Counted from the first letter of the stretch, positions 28,362 to 42,849 are shown. The stretch is DNA of 64,000 nt from the human T2T-CHM13v2.0 reference genome, Homo sapiens (GCF_009914755.1 NC_060933.1); one strand, 5' to 3'. Translations and numbers: made by a program. Notes: generated from the sequence alone by a model not told the origin.

Positions 28362-29387
28362 AAAAGCCAAAATTGACAAATGGGATCGAATTAAACTAAA
28401 GAGCTTCTGCATAGCAAAAGAAACCACCATCAGAGTGAACAGGCAACCTACAGAATGGGAGAAAATTTTTGCAATCTACTCATCTGACAAAGGGCTAATA
28501 TCCAGAATGTACAAACAACTCAAACAAATTTACAAGAAAAAAACAAACAACCACATCAAAAAGTGGGCGAAGGATATGAACAGACACTTCTCAAAAGAAG
28601 ACATTTATGCAGCCAACAGCACAGGAAAAAATGCTCATCATCACTGGCCATCAGAGAAATGCAAATCAAAACCACAATGAGATACCATCTCACACCAGTT
28701 AGAATGGTGATCATTAAAAAGTCAGGAAACAACAGGTGCTGGAGAGGATGTGGAGAAATAGGAATGCTTTTACACTGTTGGTGGAAGTGGAAATTAGTTC
28801 AGCCATTGTGGAAGACAGTGTGGCGATTCCTCAAGGATCTAGAACTAGAAATACCATTTGACCCAGCCATCCCATTACTGGGGTATATACCCAAAGGATT
28901 ATAAATCCTGCTGCTATAAAGACACATGCACATGTATGTTTATTGCGGCACTATTCACAATAGCAAAGACTTGGAACCAACCCAAATGTCCAACAATGAT
29001 AGACTGGATTAAGAAAATGTGGCACATATACACCACGGAATACTATGCAGCCATAAAAAAGGATGAGCTCATGTCCTTTGTAGGGACATGGATGAAGCTG
29101 GAAACCACCATTCTCAGCAAACTATCGCAAGGACAAAAAACCAAACACCACGTGTTCTCACTCATAGGTGGGAATCGAACAATGAGAACACATGGACACA
29201 GGAAGGGGAACATCACACACCGGGGCCTGTTGTGGGGTGAGGGGAAGGGGGAGGGATAGCAGTAGGAGATATACCTAATGTAAATGACGAGTTAATAGGT
29301 GCAGCACACCAACGTGGCACATGTATACATATGTAACAAACCTGCACGTTGTGCACATGTACCCTAGAAATATATGAACAAATAAAA
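28362..29387 (+). mobile_element. L1PA3-5-like 5'-truncated 3' end (~1 kb)
   Basis: ORF2 C-terminal pieces (ORFs 28435, 28563, 28858), 3'UTR G-tract and TSD-like GAAATGAAA on both sides. Confidence 0.92.
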
Positions 29388-30989
29388 GAAATGAAATAAT
29401 GCATGCAAAACATCTAGTATATAGTAAACTAACTCTTATGTAAATATTAGCTATTATTTTATTACATATAAATAAAAAGGGCTAAGACAATATAAATCTT
29501 GATGTGTTCTCAAATACAGCATTTCTTTCTAAAATGATTTTTCTCCTGAATGTCTGCTAAAATTTCTGGATTTCCTATTGAAATTCTCAGTTAATCTACT
29601 GAAACAATCTCATTCATGTACTGAAAGGACCCTTCCTCCATACCACTGATCCAGGAGAAACAGTCTGTATCAATTACCACTCTGTTCCTTCCATGCCTGC
29701 ACTTTGACCCTGGCATGGCGTCTTGATTTTTCCTTAGCAGGAACAATAACAGCTTTGGTATTCTGGTGTGAATTATTTATATGCTTGCTTCTAGTTTGGT
29801 TCCTCCAGCTTTTGTCCCACTCTCAGTGAAAAGATCTAGTTGCAGACCTCAGATCCCACAAATTGAGAACAATTTTCCTGTAATTATCTGTGTATAGGGT
29901 GATCTGGTTATACTATAATGCTCATGATCTTAAAGGTTTCTGTGGCAAACAAAATATTGAGGCTCTATCTTTTGAAAAGTGGGAAATAATTTAAGATGCT
30001 TTCACAGAGGAATGAAACAGCTTTAACAAATTCAGATGAGTTGAATGGACTAGAAGCAGGACTGCCCCATAGAACGCTGTTTTAATAGTCCAAAGTATAA
30101 ATTTAGGAGAATGACAACTAGAAATAGAAAGGATGTGAACATCAAAAGAATTTTCAAATATCTTTGATGGAGTCATGATTTTGAAAAAATACCTTCCAGT
30201 GTCACCTTTATTCCATAGTCAGTAAATGTGTAGCATAATAACATGTAGTAATAGAATAAAATTATTTCAAAAAAAAATAAATCTAGTGGTTTTCTTTAAA
30301 GTCTTATCTGCTACTTTCTTAATTTTATTAAAGCAGACAATTAGGATTTCCCAAAGCAAAATATTGAAATTGCCAGTATCAGCTGTTGCAGAATGCTTTA
30401 TTTATCTATGTTTGAGCTTGAAAATTTACTCTGATAGCATACATTTTTTTCATTTATGTTTATAATAGTTTCAGAGTACATGGAAAAATGGAAGCTTGAA
30501 GTTGGTCCTAGAAGTCCCTATTACAAGCCACTTTAGGCAAAATTCCTAGTGTATCAAACTAAACACAGAGATAATATATTGTATAAATGTATACTTCCTA
30601 GGTGCTCCAGGAAGAAAGGTTACAAATATAGTTTCCCATCTGAGAGGAGAAGGGTTATATAAATGTACTTAACTTTTAAAGGTAACTATAATTTTGACAC
30701 GTAATTTATGTTTTATACTTTTAAACTCAAAGATGTTTTCTTTCTTAGAAAATGCACTCTCCATTTGATATGATACCACCAGGTAATCTTAATATAGCAT
30801 GCCTATGTAAAGTTAGGTAAATTCGTTCTGTTACCGAAGCTTTTAAAATTATTGTCAACCCCTTTAAACAATCTTGTTTTGGACAGAGGAAAGTTACACA
30901 AAATTGGTTTCAAATCAAACCAGTTTCTGCCTAAACTGGCTCAGGGATTTATGCTGAATTTAACTTTCTCAACGGCTTCCCATTAATCT

Positions 30990-31374
30990 TGTTAAAAGTA
31001 AAACCTTACACAAATTACATTCAACAGAGTTTAATTGAGAAAAGAACAATTCACGAACCTGGCAGTCACCAAACCAGAAGTTTAGGGAGGTTCCATTGCT
31101 ACCACATGGTCAAAGAAGATTTATGAACAGGAAAAGGAAAGTGACACACAAAAAAACAGAAGTGAGGTACAGAAACAACTGGATTGTTTACAGTGTGGCA
31201 TTTGCCTTATTTGAACATGGTTTGAAGAGCTGGCTGCTCTTCACTGGCCAAAACTTGGTGATTGGCATAAGAGTAGGTTACAGTCTGTTCACACATCCAG
31301 TCAGGGAGCAGTTCACTATGTACAGAGAAACCTTTAAAATATATAAAAACCTTTAGGCTAAACTTAATTTAACA
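30990..31374 (-). mobile_element. MER57-type 3' LTR
   Basis: Minus strand TGTTAAATTAAGTTTAGCCTAAAG...TTTTAACA, with PPT-like AAAAGAAGAGAGT immediately upstream (31375-31387). Confidence 0.85.
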
Positions 31375-34300
31375 ACTCTCTTCTTTTGGTCAAACTCTCA
31401 GTTGAAAGATAGACTAAAACTTTGGATGTCATTCTGTCACCATCATAAATGTACTTATTTGGTCTCAAATCCCACTGGAAAATAGCAGGACGATAGGTCT
31501 TGCAAAGTGAGAACAAGGACTTCAGGTTATTATTATTATTTTATATAAGGGTTAGAGTCAAAGGACCTTCTTGTTCTGGAATCTCCTGTTTTCAGGAGAA
31601 AAACCAAACTCCATCTGTTTTAGGATTTGTTTTCTTAAAGTGTCAGTTCAATTACACTGCAATTAGCATGAGTGACTTCATTTTGGTTTAGTCTGGTCTC
31701 TGGGGCCTAGACCATGAACCAGTCCAAAACAATAGGTTCCCATAATTTTGTTTAAAAATTACCCCTTTTGTTCAGGTTCTCACATAGGTGAGAGGGTGAC
31801 CATGCTTATTCACCAATATCTTGGGTTTTCAGTCTCAGCATGTAATTTGTAGGTTACAGGGTCCTCATGGTCATATGTTTCTTTGTTTGTTTGTCATTCT
31901 GGTTGAAGAGTAACAATTTGACATTCTACAGATGGCTGCATGCAAACATTTAAAACTTCTGAGAGAATACAGTGCACCAAGGAAACTACCGTTAGACTAC
32001 CGGCAGGGTAATACCAAGAGTTTGAAGTATGCTCCTTATCCAGGGTCCTCAAGAATCAAACCTATTAAAATCAAATAGACCACGGAATTAGCTGAAGAGT
32101 CTAGTCATTTTAACCAACCATCCTGTTATTAATTGCCTACAACTCAATCTCCATAATACCCAACCCAATGTATTCTTCCATGTCCAACTAGAAGTGTCAG
32201 CACCTGTTCATATACTTCTGTTTAGCCAATAAGTAATCTGGAGCAATCCTATTATTTAGCAAAACTTTCAAAAGATTTAAGTCTGTTGTGTAGCTGTAGT
32301 TTTTGCAGTAGAATCTGCTATACAGCCTATTATAAGAGATACATTTCTAACCATTGCTTCATTTACTCCAAACCGTGGAGAAAAAGACCTAACAAGTGGT
32401 GCCCATTCAGAAAAGTGAAAGCCTTCTGCCAATGCTCTCTTCAACCTATGCTGGCAATGTTCTCTTTAGCCTATTTTGTGGGTAAAGAGGAGTTGGACCA
32501 GTGTTCTGTTTCTGATGGATTATAAAGCAACCAAGATCCCATTAAACGTTTTTGCTTACATTGGCCCTTTATTTTTTATCTTTCAAGGCATAAGCTCATC
32601 CATATATGAGACTGGCTGTGAAATCTTCCACAAATAAAAGTATTCCCCAAGAGTGCACACAAGAGACCCCCTTTTTAGTTCTATCATTCACAGAGGCATA
32701 AGCAAGGACAAAATTGAGAGATGAGAGCCTCATGATAGCAGAGAAGTGTTGATCCGTGATCTTGCGAAAAAGTTGTTCATGTCTGGGATACCATCTGCTT
32801 CTGGAGAGAAACTTCCCTGGTTATCTTTACCTTAAGGTTTCTAAAGTGCATAAAGTTCCTAAAGTCTGGAGGGGCCCTACTAAGTTGTGAGGTTATTAAC
32901 CTGAAGTTCAAGGTCCCAAAGTTTTGCTTTAGTGTGGGTGGCAAGGGCAGCTTTTCTCTAATGTTCTCAGAAGACTTAATCTCTGTATTCTATATTATGA
33001 AGAGTTTGCTTGTTTGTTCTCTGTCAGTGGATTATTAAAAGCTTTCTTCACCTAGTGAAAATACATTTTGACATAATGCATTAAAGCCTTACAACATTTA
33101 GTCCTATCAGAGTTTAGTAGCAGAATGTACATGAGGTTCTATTATTAGGTGCACAGGCCTTCCAGCGACTATTTCATAAGAGGTCAACTTATATTTTCCA
33201 CTCTAAGTGGATCCGATTATCATCAATCTGCAATACCTTTGACCAAGGCAATCCAGTCAATTCAGTTAGCTTTGCAAAATGTTAATGTATCTGTAATACT
33301 GTATTTAATTATTTTACAACTTGTCCAGTGAAACAAGTACCTCTATCATTGGAGATTTCTCCAAGAATGTCCCATGAGAGAAATACATTTTCTATAACCT
33401 TTTAGCTACTGTAATATCATCAGCACTCATGCATGAGAAACTTTCTATACAAAGAGAAAACATGCACTGAATACGATAATTGAATGAAATCCTTCTACAC
33501 ATGTTTAAACTGCCCATCAGGTAGCAGAAATGTACCTGAAGTTTTGATTGTCTCACCAGGATTTTGGGTTTGACAAAACAAACATTGGCCATAAACGATT
33601 TTAACAATTTAGAACAGTGACCACACAATATATATATAGATATAGATATATACAGATATGTATGTAATATATAGATAGATATGTATGTTACAAATATATT
33701 TGTCTGTATATATATATATATTTGTGTATACATATATATAATATATATATAATTTGGATTATTTTATCTCTACCATGATGAGTCATTAAATGTAGAACTT
33801 TCAATAATGAAAGACTTGAGGATTCAGGAAGGACCAGATGGGTGTCCAGGCTCTCCATGAGTCCACAGTTAAATCCTCTTAAATACTAATTTTGTTTCTC
33901 CAATTCAGGTGCAGAGTACTGTTCATTAGATGGGTTACTACAGGTAATTTGACCTGAACCATGAAGTTTTCATTCAAATTGCATATCTAAATAATTTCAG
34001 CACCGGCTAATTTAGCATGAAAATCTGGCAAAATATTTTCTTGGTTTTTAATTAATTTTTGTCCTGCTTTGGTTAGCAGTTTTATAAACCAGCCAGTCTC
34101 TTCATTATGGTTCTGGGAACTGTTACCCAGTCAAAATGATATAATCATAAAGTTACTAGAAACTTGTTGTATGCAAGGATTTTTGTCAAAGTCCTTTTCA
34201 TCCTTTCTAACAGTTCTCCTTGAAGACACCATAATCTAGGATTTTACTTTCTAGATTGGTTCCTTGTGAAGAGTTTTCAGAAACCATATCAGAACTAAAC

Positions 34301-37077
34301 AATTAACTGTGGAAATGGCTTGAAATGGTCACATTTAAAAGACAAGGAAATTTGGTTATTTCTGTGGTCTATAATAATTTAACATCATAACGATAGTTTC
34401 AGGTGATGGTATATACACAGACATCTCAGAATGTTAAGAATCCCGTACAATATTGAAACATATATTAATAACATTAATAAAAGTATAACTCGAAGATTAA
34501 ACATCACTTCTTATTCAGCAATGTTTCCAGTGTAATTTAATATGTCAAATAATTCTGTTTATCATTCTTTTGGATGCTTCAGGGGCTCTCGAAGCACTGC
34601 AAAGTGAGAGGTGAAAAAATTTGGGGGTTAAAATTTGATTTTGGGATGACTGTCAAATATATCAAAAGTTTAAAACACTTCAAAATAGGATCACAGGCCA
34701 CTGTAAAAAAATAGTCATTCATTTAGCTAAAGTGATAATACAAAGATTTTAAAAATCAAAAACGTTTACTTTGTCATAGAGAGGAGACTCAGTTTTGCAA
34801 ATATTCAAAAGACCTGAGAATGACAGCATGAGAGAGAACCTGACTTTCCTTCATTCTTGTCTCTTTTTTAATTTTTTGCAGTTTACTAAAAAAGTGAACA
34901 AAAATATTTTCCTGTCACTTACTAATATTACACAAAATGTTTGTTCAAAAGAGAAAATCAAATTTTACTTTTGTATTCGTGTATTATCAATACTAAAGCC
35001 AATTTTAATAGAACTTTATAAATAAATCTACCAAATCTGACATTTTTAACTATACAAGATTTTTATAAACTTTTAAAAATCTACTTATTTTTAAAAATTA
35101 TTTCTCTTCCCAAATTTCTGTATTTATTTAATTTTATCTCTGTTTTGTATCCCTTCAATTTATAACTACCTTTAAGTAAATTTTTAAATGGTGAAAATTA
35201 TTTTTAACATACATTTTTATGCCTTTACAACTTTCCTCATTAAAAGCATATCTTGCTTGTTTCAATATTGTATGGGATTCTTAACATTCTGAGATGTCTG
35301 TGTATATACCATCACCTGAAACTATCCTTATGATGTTAAATTATTGCAGGCCACAGAAATAAGCAAATTTCCTTGTCTTTTAACTACGACCATTTCAAGC
35401 CATTTCCACAACTAATTGTTTAATTCTGACGTGGTTTCTGAAAATTCTTACATAACAAGTCATACATTTGTTTTGCCTCACTTGTCAATTTTGAAGCCAT
35501 TCTTATTTTAATAACAATTCATAAACTAGCTTTATTTACCAAATGTTATCACACACACATAACACATATAGACATACAGACAAACAGACAGAAACAGATC
35601 TTATAGCTTTCATTAGGATTCTCATTTGCTGGCCTGGCTGGCTTTTAAATATTTTAAATATATTTTCCCCCCATTCAGACTATCAATTTCCCAAATATCT
35701 ACTTCATTGTCCTAAGCAGCTGGCTAGGACACCCTAAATTTGCATTTCTAAAGGGACAACTCTTAGGTGAAACAAGGTAGAAAATTTGTTTCTCAAAAGC
35801 ATAGAGCTAAGATGTTAGGCTTAAATATAACATTATTTGCTCAAACCAAGGAAAAAATGGTGTAAGTAAAAGTTCAGTTGAGGCAAAACAAATGTATGAC
35901 TTGTTATGTAAGTTTAAAACAATGGTAAGTGTTTCCAATACAGACAGGCAGATACCCTTACAAATGAAAATGTCCTTTACAGATGTAAATCTCTTTTCCA
36001 AAGGGTTTCAGCAGAGCCAGTTATAATGTCAGAAAGGGGTATCTTAAATAGTTGGTCATTTTAATTTAGGGGCTGGTTCTTAGCTTAAATTATTGAATTC
36101 AGGGTGGAGGCCATTAAGGAATAGGACAAAGAAAGTGTTCTCCATGCCTGGACTCAGCATGGATAGATCCGAAAAACAAGCAAACCTAATTTACTTGAGG
36201 GCCTTATAAACACTTTATCTAGGATAGCTTTCTTTTTGTCTTTGGGGTGGGATAGTAACTATGCCAAAGTGTTAGCAGATTTAATTTTTCTTAACAATTG
36301 GTTGCTTAAGCTTTTCATTGGCCTTTTATAAGAAGTCAAAAAAACCTACAAATATGGAAATATTCTTAGAAGCTTCTACACATCAGTAGGCATCCCTGGA
36401 TGAGACTAATTCAGGAGCCCTCACTTTCAAATGCATTTCTTAAAGTGCAGTATTGTGCGTTTGGAACATTTCATTGTCACTTAAAATTAGCTTTAGTAAA
36501 ATTTTGTCATTTCTATAAGCATTTGCTGCTCCTGGACCTAATACACATACATGTTTTGTAGGCATAGTCAGAAGGTACATTACTCAGTTCTTCAGAAATT
36601 AAGGATTCCATTGTTACCTTGAATCTTGACTTTGGCTCTTAGATTTCCTTGACCAACTTAGTCAATTATTTTTCCCTACCTATGTGTGCAAGAAAAAAGA
36701 AACAAAGAAGGTAGAACAGAAAAACCTCTGCAAACTTTTGGAAGCTGAAGTTTGCTCCCCCTGCGGTGTTACCATTACAATCGGTTTCTGTCAGACCCAG
36801 TCAAACATATGAGGCCTCTAATTGGATTCAGGCCAATTATTGGATTCGATCTGATCCTGGACCCAGTCCAGTTTCTACTGAAATTTCCAAACTCAGTTTG
36901 GAACAGAAATTTGCTCAAACTTGGATAGCTCAAAACATAAATCCGTGGAGCTTCAGAATCGGAGAGGGAGCTATGAGAGACCAATGGACACAATGGGCCC
37001 AGTAGGTACTTCCCTCGATCACTCAGGACTCCTGGCGGTTGCTGAAGCTCTACTTCAGATCCCACCTCTGATGTCAC
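31375..37077 (-). mobile_element. MER57-int/MER4-group non-autonomous ERV1 internal region
   Basis: Bounded by a PPT and a tRNA-Leu-like PBS (minus TGACATCAGAGGTGGGAT, 37059-37076). No intact ORFs; (TA)n tract at about 33625-33752. Confidence 0.8.
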
Positions 37078-37125
37078 TGAAAAAAACAAAAAAGCCTTAG
37101 ACAAATTAAATTTAACAGACTTTAA
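37078..37125 (-). mobile_element. Remnant (~48 bp U5 end) of the MER57 5' LTR
   Basis: CCTTAGACAAATTAAATTTAACAGACTTTAA aligns with CCTTACACAAATTACATTCAACAGAGTTTAA in the 30990 LTR. Confidence 0.8.
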
Positions 37126-39129
37126 AGCCACCACACCTGGAGGAATTATGCTGTATTTCTGCATTCAAAAGTATACATTGTATTTTCCTTTCCTTTATAA
37201 ATTCATTTTTTTGCTTTCCCTAGTCTCACATTGTCATATTTTGACTATCATTTTACATTTAATACATAATATTTTTTTCTTGTTTGATAACTTTAACATT
37301 AAGGCTATGAAATAAATTTGAAGATATATTAAGGATAGTTTTTCTAGCCATGTTTATCTGAACCATCTGACAAATTCTGGCTCCAACCCTTAGTGGAATA
37401 CACTGTTCTACATTAAGTTCTGAATTTTTGGATAACTCCTTTCTGTCAATGCTTTATGATATTCACAAGTTTTACTTTATATATATGTTCCCCATGGTTT
37501 TAGGGATTGCAAAAAGCATTTACTTCTTTCACAAGTTTATTCAAAGCAGACCACTAAATAGAGCATTTTTCATTATTGTTAAGAAGAGAAAAATATGGCT
37601 TTAACTTATTGAATTACTGTAATTACCAATTTATGTTGAATATCTCCTGGTTTTTCAATCAGTCCTAAAAAAATTCAATTTTATTATATGGAAAAAATAT
37701 TTCTGAGAAGCCAGATAACATAATTTTAATGAGCAAAATCCATTAGATAATCAATGTCATATATTCCTTTTTGATATACACATATTGTGACTTTTTGTTT
37801 TCATTTTTTATTTGGACAATATATAGAGTCACTGGAAGTTGCAAAACTCGTGCAGAGAAGTTTTACATGCACTTCACTCAGCTTACGCCACTGGTTACAC
37901 TTTACAAACAACAAAAAAAACTCAACTAGGAAAACTTTTAATGATGATAGCAAATGTTATTCTTCTAATTATATTCTTTCCTCATTTTCTATGTGTCCCA
38001 AATGATTTTACGCCATTTTAGTGGTTGTATTAAAATAGAAAAAAGGATTGTTCCTCTAGAGTTGATTTTTCAATAACATTCTTTATTGTTATTCTATTTT
38101 TCTTTTTGTTTTAAATACCCCTGCAAATATGAAATAGTTCTTTTTCTCTGGAGTGTGAAATTTTTACACACATGATTTGATTTAATTTTAATTTATAACC
38201 TAACATTTCAGGGGAATTAACTATGTCCTACCTTTCCTTGACTTCCAAGTTGTATAACTTAAAGGCTTTTTTAAAAATAGCAAACAATTATCCACCTAGT
38301 GTCAAATAGTGGAGATGGATAATATAGCAATGTGATTTAAAAATTGATCCTGGCTCTACTCAGCTGAGCGTAAAAGAAAATATATGACCAGCTGGAGAGA
38401 CATAGTAAGCCTGCAGCATATAGTACATCACTGCCAAAGCTAGAAAAGGTTTTAAAAGACCTTTCTGCTAAGGAAGTTTGCTATCTGCTATATAATCCTA
38501 GCCAGACTTTTTCCTGACCTTGAAAAAACTAAAAGTATAATCAATGATCATCTAATAGCAGTTGTTCAGGCATTGTGTATGGTGTGCACTTTCTGCTGAA
38601 CCACAGATGATGTTTACACCATCTGAAGAAACCATACTGTCAGACAGTCAGTAAACAAAGATTTGTCTCTCTGGAAATGCCACAGACTGTAAATACCAAA
38701 CTGGCCAACCATGGCTATTTTAGAATCCACTCACATTAAAAATACCATTATATCCTAACTATAAATTTAACCTATTTGTGATTCTGCAACCATTAGTAGG
38801 ATTATGGTTTTTGAAGGAAAAAATAACCAGAACATTTGTTATATTATTTGCCAATGGAGGCATTTAAGACCATATCCAAAACTGTGTATAGCTGCCAAAA
38901 AGGTCATGCTGAAGCAAAATACCAAGTTTTATGATTCAGAAAGGCATAACCTTTTGAATGAGCTTGACTGAAGCTGAGAATAACATTTATATGCATATTG
39001 ATGCTTAAGATATGTGGGGTATCATCGAATCAACTAGAAAAAGAAATCCAAAAGGTTACCTGATCCAACTGTCTGGTTTCTAGCTGGGTGATTGTAAAGC
39101 CAACAAAATGGAGGAGATATTTAATGGTG

Positions 39130-39275
39130 ACATTTATTCATTGACTCAACACACTTTCATTGCAAACACTGATAACTTGTTAAGCACTGCATTAGGTGCC
39201 AGGAATACAGAGGAAGTCATACACTTTTTCATAATCTAGGAGGAAAAAAAGCAAGGCGCAGGAGTAATCAGAGAG
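39130..39275 (-). mobile_element. L2 3' end fragment
   Basis: CATTTATTCATTGACTCAACACAC...AAGCACTGCATTAGGTGCCAGGAATACAG. Confidence 0.6.
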
Positions 39276-41027
39276 TCAATTATTTCTGAACTCTTGTTTT
39301 TTTTTTTTTTTTTTTTCAAGTAGTTCTCATCTAAGTAGTTGTTTTTTGTCATGAGAAAATCAGATATGTTGCTAAAAATTCACGACTATTGCAAGAAAAA
39401 ATAAAAGACAATGGAGGTCAGAAAAAATTACGGGCAAGTGATACAATGTAAAGCAGCCACGAAGGGAAGACAAGCCTCCATAATCATTGTAAATCGGTCC
39501 AATAAGATAACTGCAACAGAAATAGCTGAAGTTCTAGACATACATTTGGTGAAAAAGTTTTATACACAGCGTAAACTTTGCTAAATTGCAGCCAAAGGCG
39601 AGAATGCACAAAAATAAGTGCAAATGCTATGAAACCCAGATATGATTGTTACAGCACAGATTAGGTCACGTTGTGGCCTGGGCCATAGGAATTAAAGGCA
39701 CATCACAGAGCTAGATGAATGACACAGAGCAAAGAAGATCTCTGGGAGGCTTTTACCTTGGTCAAAGCTTCACCAACATATTAACTGAGAGGTATTGGAA
39801 GTTTGTTATACGTACATTTTCTTAACACATACATAATGTTTACAAAAATTTTTACTTCAGTTTTAGCTATAATAAAATATTATGTCCTCAGGCAAAGTGT
39901 GAAAATCAGAGGGATACCAGTGGAGAGGTGGGCAGAGCTCAGGCTGCCTGAGCGCTCACCCCTCCCTTCATGAGACAGGCTTCAATATCCAGGTCTCATG
40001 GGGCACTATGTGTTCAGCAATACAGTCTGCTTCCTTTTTTTTTTTTTCATGGAACGGGGGGAATAAGAACAGACAGAATGAATTGTTGCTATGATGAATC
40101 CAACTGAAACTTACGTTAACTTTCTGGTGCCCAGGTTACACAGTCTAGGGGAACAGAGGCTCTTCAACAATAATTTGCTAGCCTTTTCTTTAAAAAACAA
40201 CTTATATGTGCAGCACATATCTTTATATAAATTAAGGTGTTATAGCTGTTTTTAAAAGCAGAGGATGCTTTGCCTGGCACATAAGAAAGCAGGAAATGAA
40301 ATGGTAAGCAGAGCTCAAAAAGGAAAGAAACCTTTAGGGAATTACTTCAAAAGTAGGCTACACAAGAGGAGAACACTAGAAATAATGTCCTGCGTTGAGC
40401 AATTCTAAAGGCCAGGAGACTCTCAAGGCTTTCCTTTTTCGCAAAAGTTTTCTTCTTCATAGTAGGTAGGTAAGAAAAGATTGCAAAAGATGATGACAGC
40501 AACTAGAGCTGTTTAGAGTACATAGCATACCTGTATACTTTAATAATAAAACATTAAAAGATATATTTTTATTAAAAGGCTCTAAAGGGAAAAGAGAATC
40601 CCCTGATAGATAATATACAGAGTAAATAATGCACCAAATCATATGAAAATATAAAACTTAGTTAATTATGTGTAGAATCTTAAAAAGAGTATTTTATAAT
40701 GCTTTTACTGTTTTAATATAGTAAAGTAGATATTACATCTATTTTTTTGTACCTCATTGACCATGCCTAGCCAGTTTTTTCTTTTCTTTCATTTTTTCTT
40801 TTTGCTCTTGTCTGTATTATTTCTTTATTGTTGTTGTAATAGTCATAATTCTAAACAAATTTAGTATCACCTTATGGTTTAAATAGAATGTTCCTTTCTG
40901 ATCTCAGTCTCTTTTTGTTCTACTAATCTTATGCATTCTCCAGATTGATGTTATTAAGTTCAGCTTTATATGCATCACCTTCCCACTAAAATTGTCTTCA
41001 TGCTTTTGTCATTCCTCTAATAACATT

Positions 41028-41417
41028 CAAAAAATTGAATGCACGGAGATAGAGAGTAGAGTGATTGTTACCAAACGCTGGGAAGTATAGTGGAGAAGGG
41101 GAGCAAAAGAGGGGGTGGTTAATTGGTACAAAAGTACAGTCAGATAGAAGAAATAGTATCTAGTGTTTAGTAGCACAATAGAGTGACTACAGTTAACAAT
41201 AATTTATTGGTATTTCAAAATAACTCATAGAGTATAGTTGGAATGTTCCTAACACAAAGAAATGATAAATGCTTGAGGTGATGGATACCCCAATTATTCT
41301 GATTGGATCATTACACATTGTATGCTTGTATTAAAATATCACACCTACCCCCACAAAAATATATACCTATTATGTATCCATATAATTTACAATGAAAAAT
41401 TAAAAAAACAAAAAAAT
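41028..41417 (+). mobile_element. L1MA (MA3-5-like) 3' end
   Basis: GAGATAGAGAGTAGAGTGATTGTTACC...AATGATAAATGCTTGAGGTGATGGATACCCCAATT..., followed by an A-rich tail. Confidence 0.85.
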
Positions 41418-41794
41418 GACCCAACCTATGTTTTCACGTATATTTTAGACATGGTTTATATCTGCAAAAAACCTTAACTCAACACACATTTATCATTCTA
41501 TTACCTGAATTATTCAAACAAGTTAGAAAATTGGTTACTTAAATATGATTTATCAATATTTTTCATTTCTTGAAATTTTCTTAATGATACACAATATGAA
41601 AGCAAAAGAAAACCAAGTTTTTCTACTGTTCTTGTTTTTGGTTCAGTTGTACTTCTTACTGGGAGAAGAAGATACAGTGTTTTTTTTTTAATTAAACATA
41701 TTGGAAATCCGGATTCTAATCAAATACAATATTGGCTCCATTGCATTGAGAAAAAAAAAGAATACCTTAGTATTTTTTTATAGAGAAATTCACG

Positions 41795-42020
41795 TTTCAT
41801 TTATTCACTTAAAATAATGTATTGATACTTATTCTATGCCATGTTGGGAGTCAAGAACAGTGAGAGCAAGAAAATAATCCACTATATCCACAAAGTACTA
41901 ACAGGTTAAAAGGGAAGATAGCATATGAACAGATGAATAAAGTACAGTGGATGTGTAGTGTTATTGGCATATGGCTAGAATACTGTGAAACATCAAGAAG
42001 GTAAATAACACTGCCTGATG
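41795..42020 (-). mobile_element. L2 fragment
   Basis: TTCATTTATTCACTTAAAATAATGTATTGATACTTATTCTATGCCA.... Confidence 0.55.
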
Positions 42021-42849
42021 AATGGTGTTGTGCTTATGTTTATGCCTCTTTATCTCAACCAAAGAGCAAAAAACTTAAAAGATTTGCAAATAATGATTGC
42101 AGATTTGTTAATTATGAGTTTTATTTTAAACGTGTTTTAAAACAAAGAGAAAAACTTCAAATCTTTTCACCTCAGTAGACTAACTTAACCTGTGGGGAGT
42201 CTAACTGTTTGGGTTACATGGTATTTTAGAACACCACAATACCCCTAGGATTTATTGTATCAACCACAAAAGACAACTAAATGAGACATTGTAAAATCCA
42301 TAGTATTTTCACTGACTCATTTTTAGCCAGCTTCCTCTAGCTTTCTTCAAGCTAACAAAGGAAGAAACTTAAGACACTAATAATGATGGGCCTTACTTAC
42401 TTAGATTAGAATGCCGGTCTAATCTTTTAAGCGCTTATAGCAAGTTGAGAACTGAACAACTGTATTTCCACCTAAACCTCTTCTTCGTATAATATTGGAC
42501 TATCTCACACCATATTTTGTATATGGTGTTATTAGTTTCTATGCATCATAATCAAGACTTTATTAAAAAATAGATTATAGCACTAAAGTTATATGCAGGT
42601 ATATACTTTAAAAAGTCTTAACATATTTTTAATAAAATTTGGATCTTTACAACAATATTTTGCTGTGAGTTAAACAAGGCAATGCAAATTTTGTGGATGC
42701 CACTTTTATGTGTGGGGAACTAAGAGACAAAGAAGTAAAGTAACTTGCTCAACGTTACAAATACTGGATACATAGCTTAACAGTACATGGCCCATTTTTG
42801 GAGGATTTTGTTTTTTCAAATTAGACATCCTTGGAATATTTGTCAAGAT

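Noticed and set aside
29233-29256. G-quadruplex-like G tract
   Set aside because: Standard polypurine tract of the L1 3'UTR; not novel.
36775-37164. 129-aa ORF at the ERV 5' end as gag
   Set aside because: It spans flank, LTR remnant, PBS and leader, and has no gag motifs.
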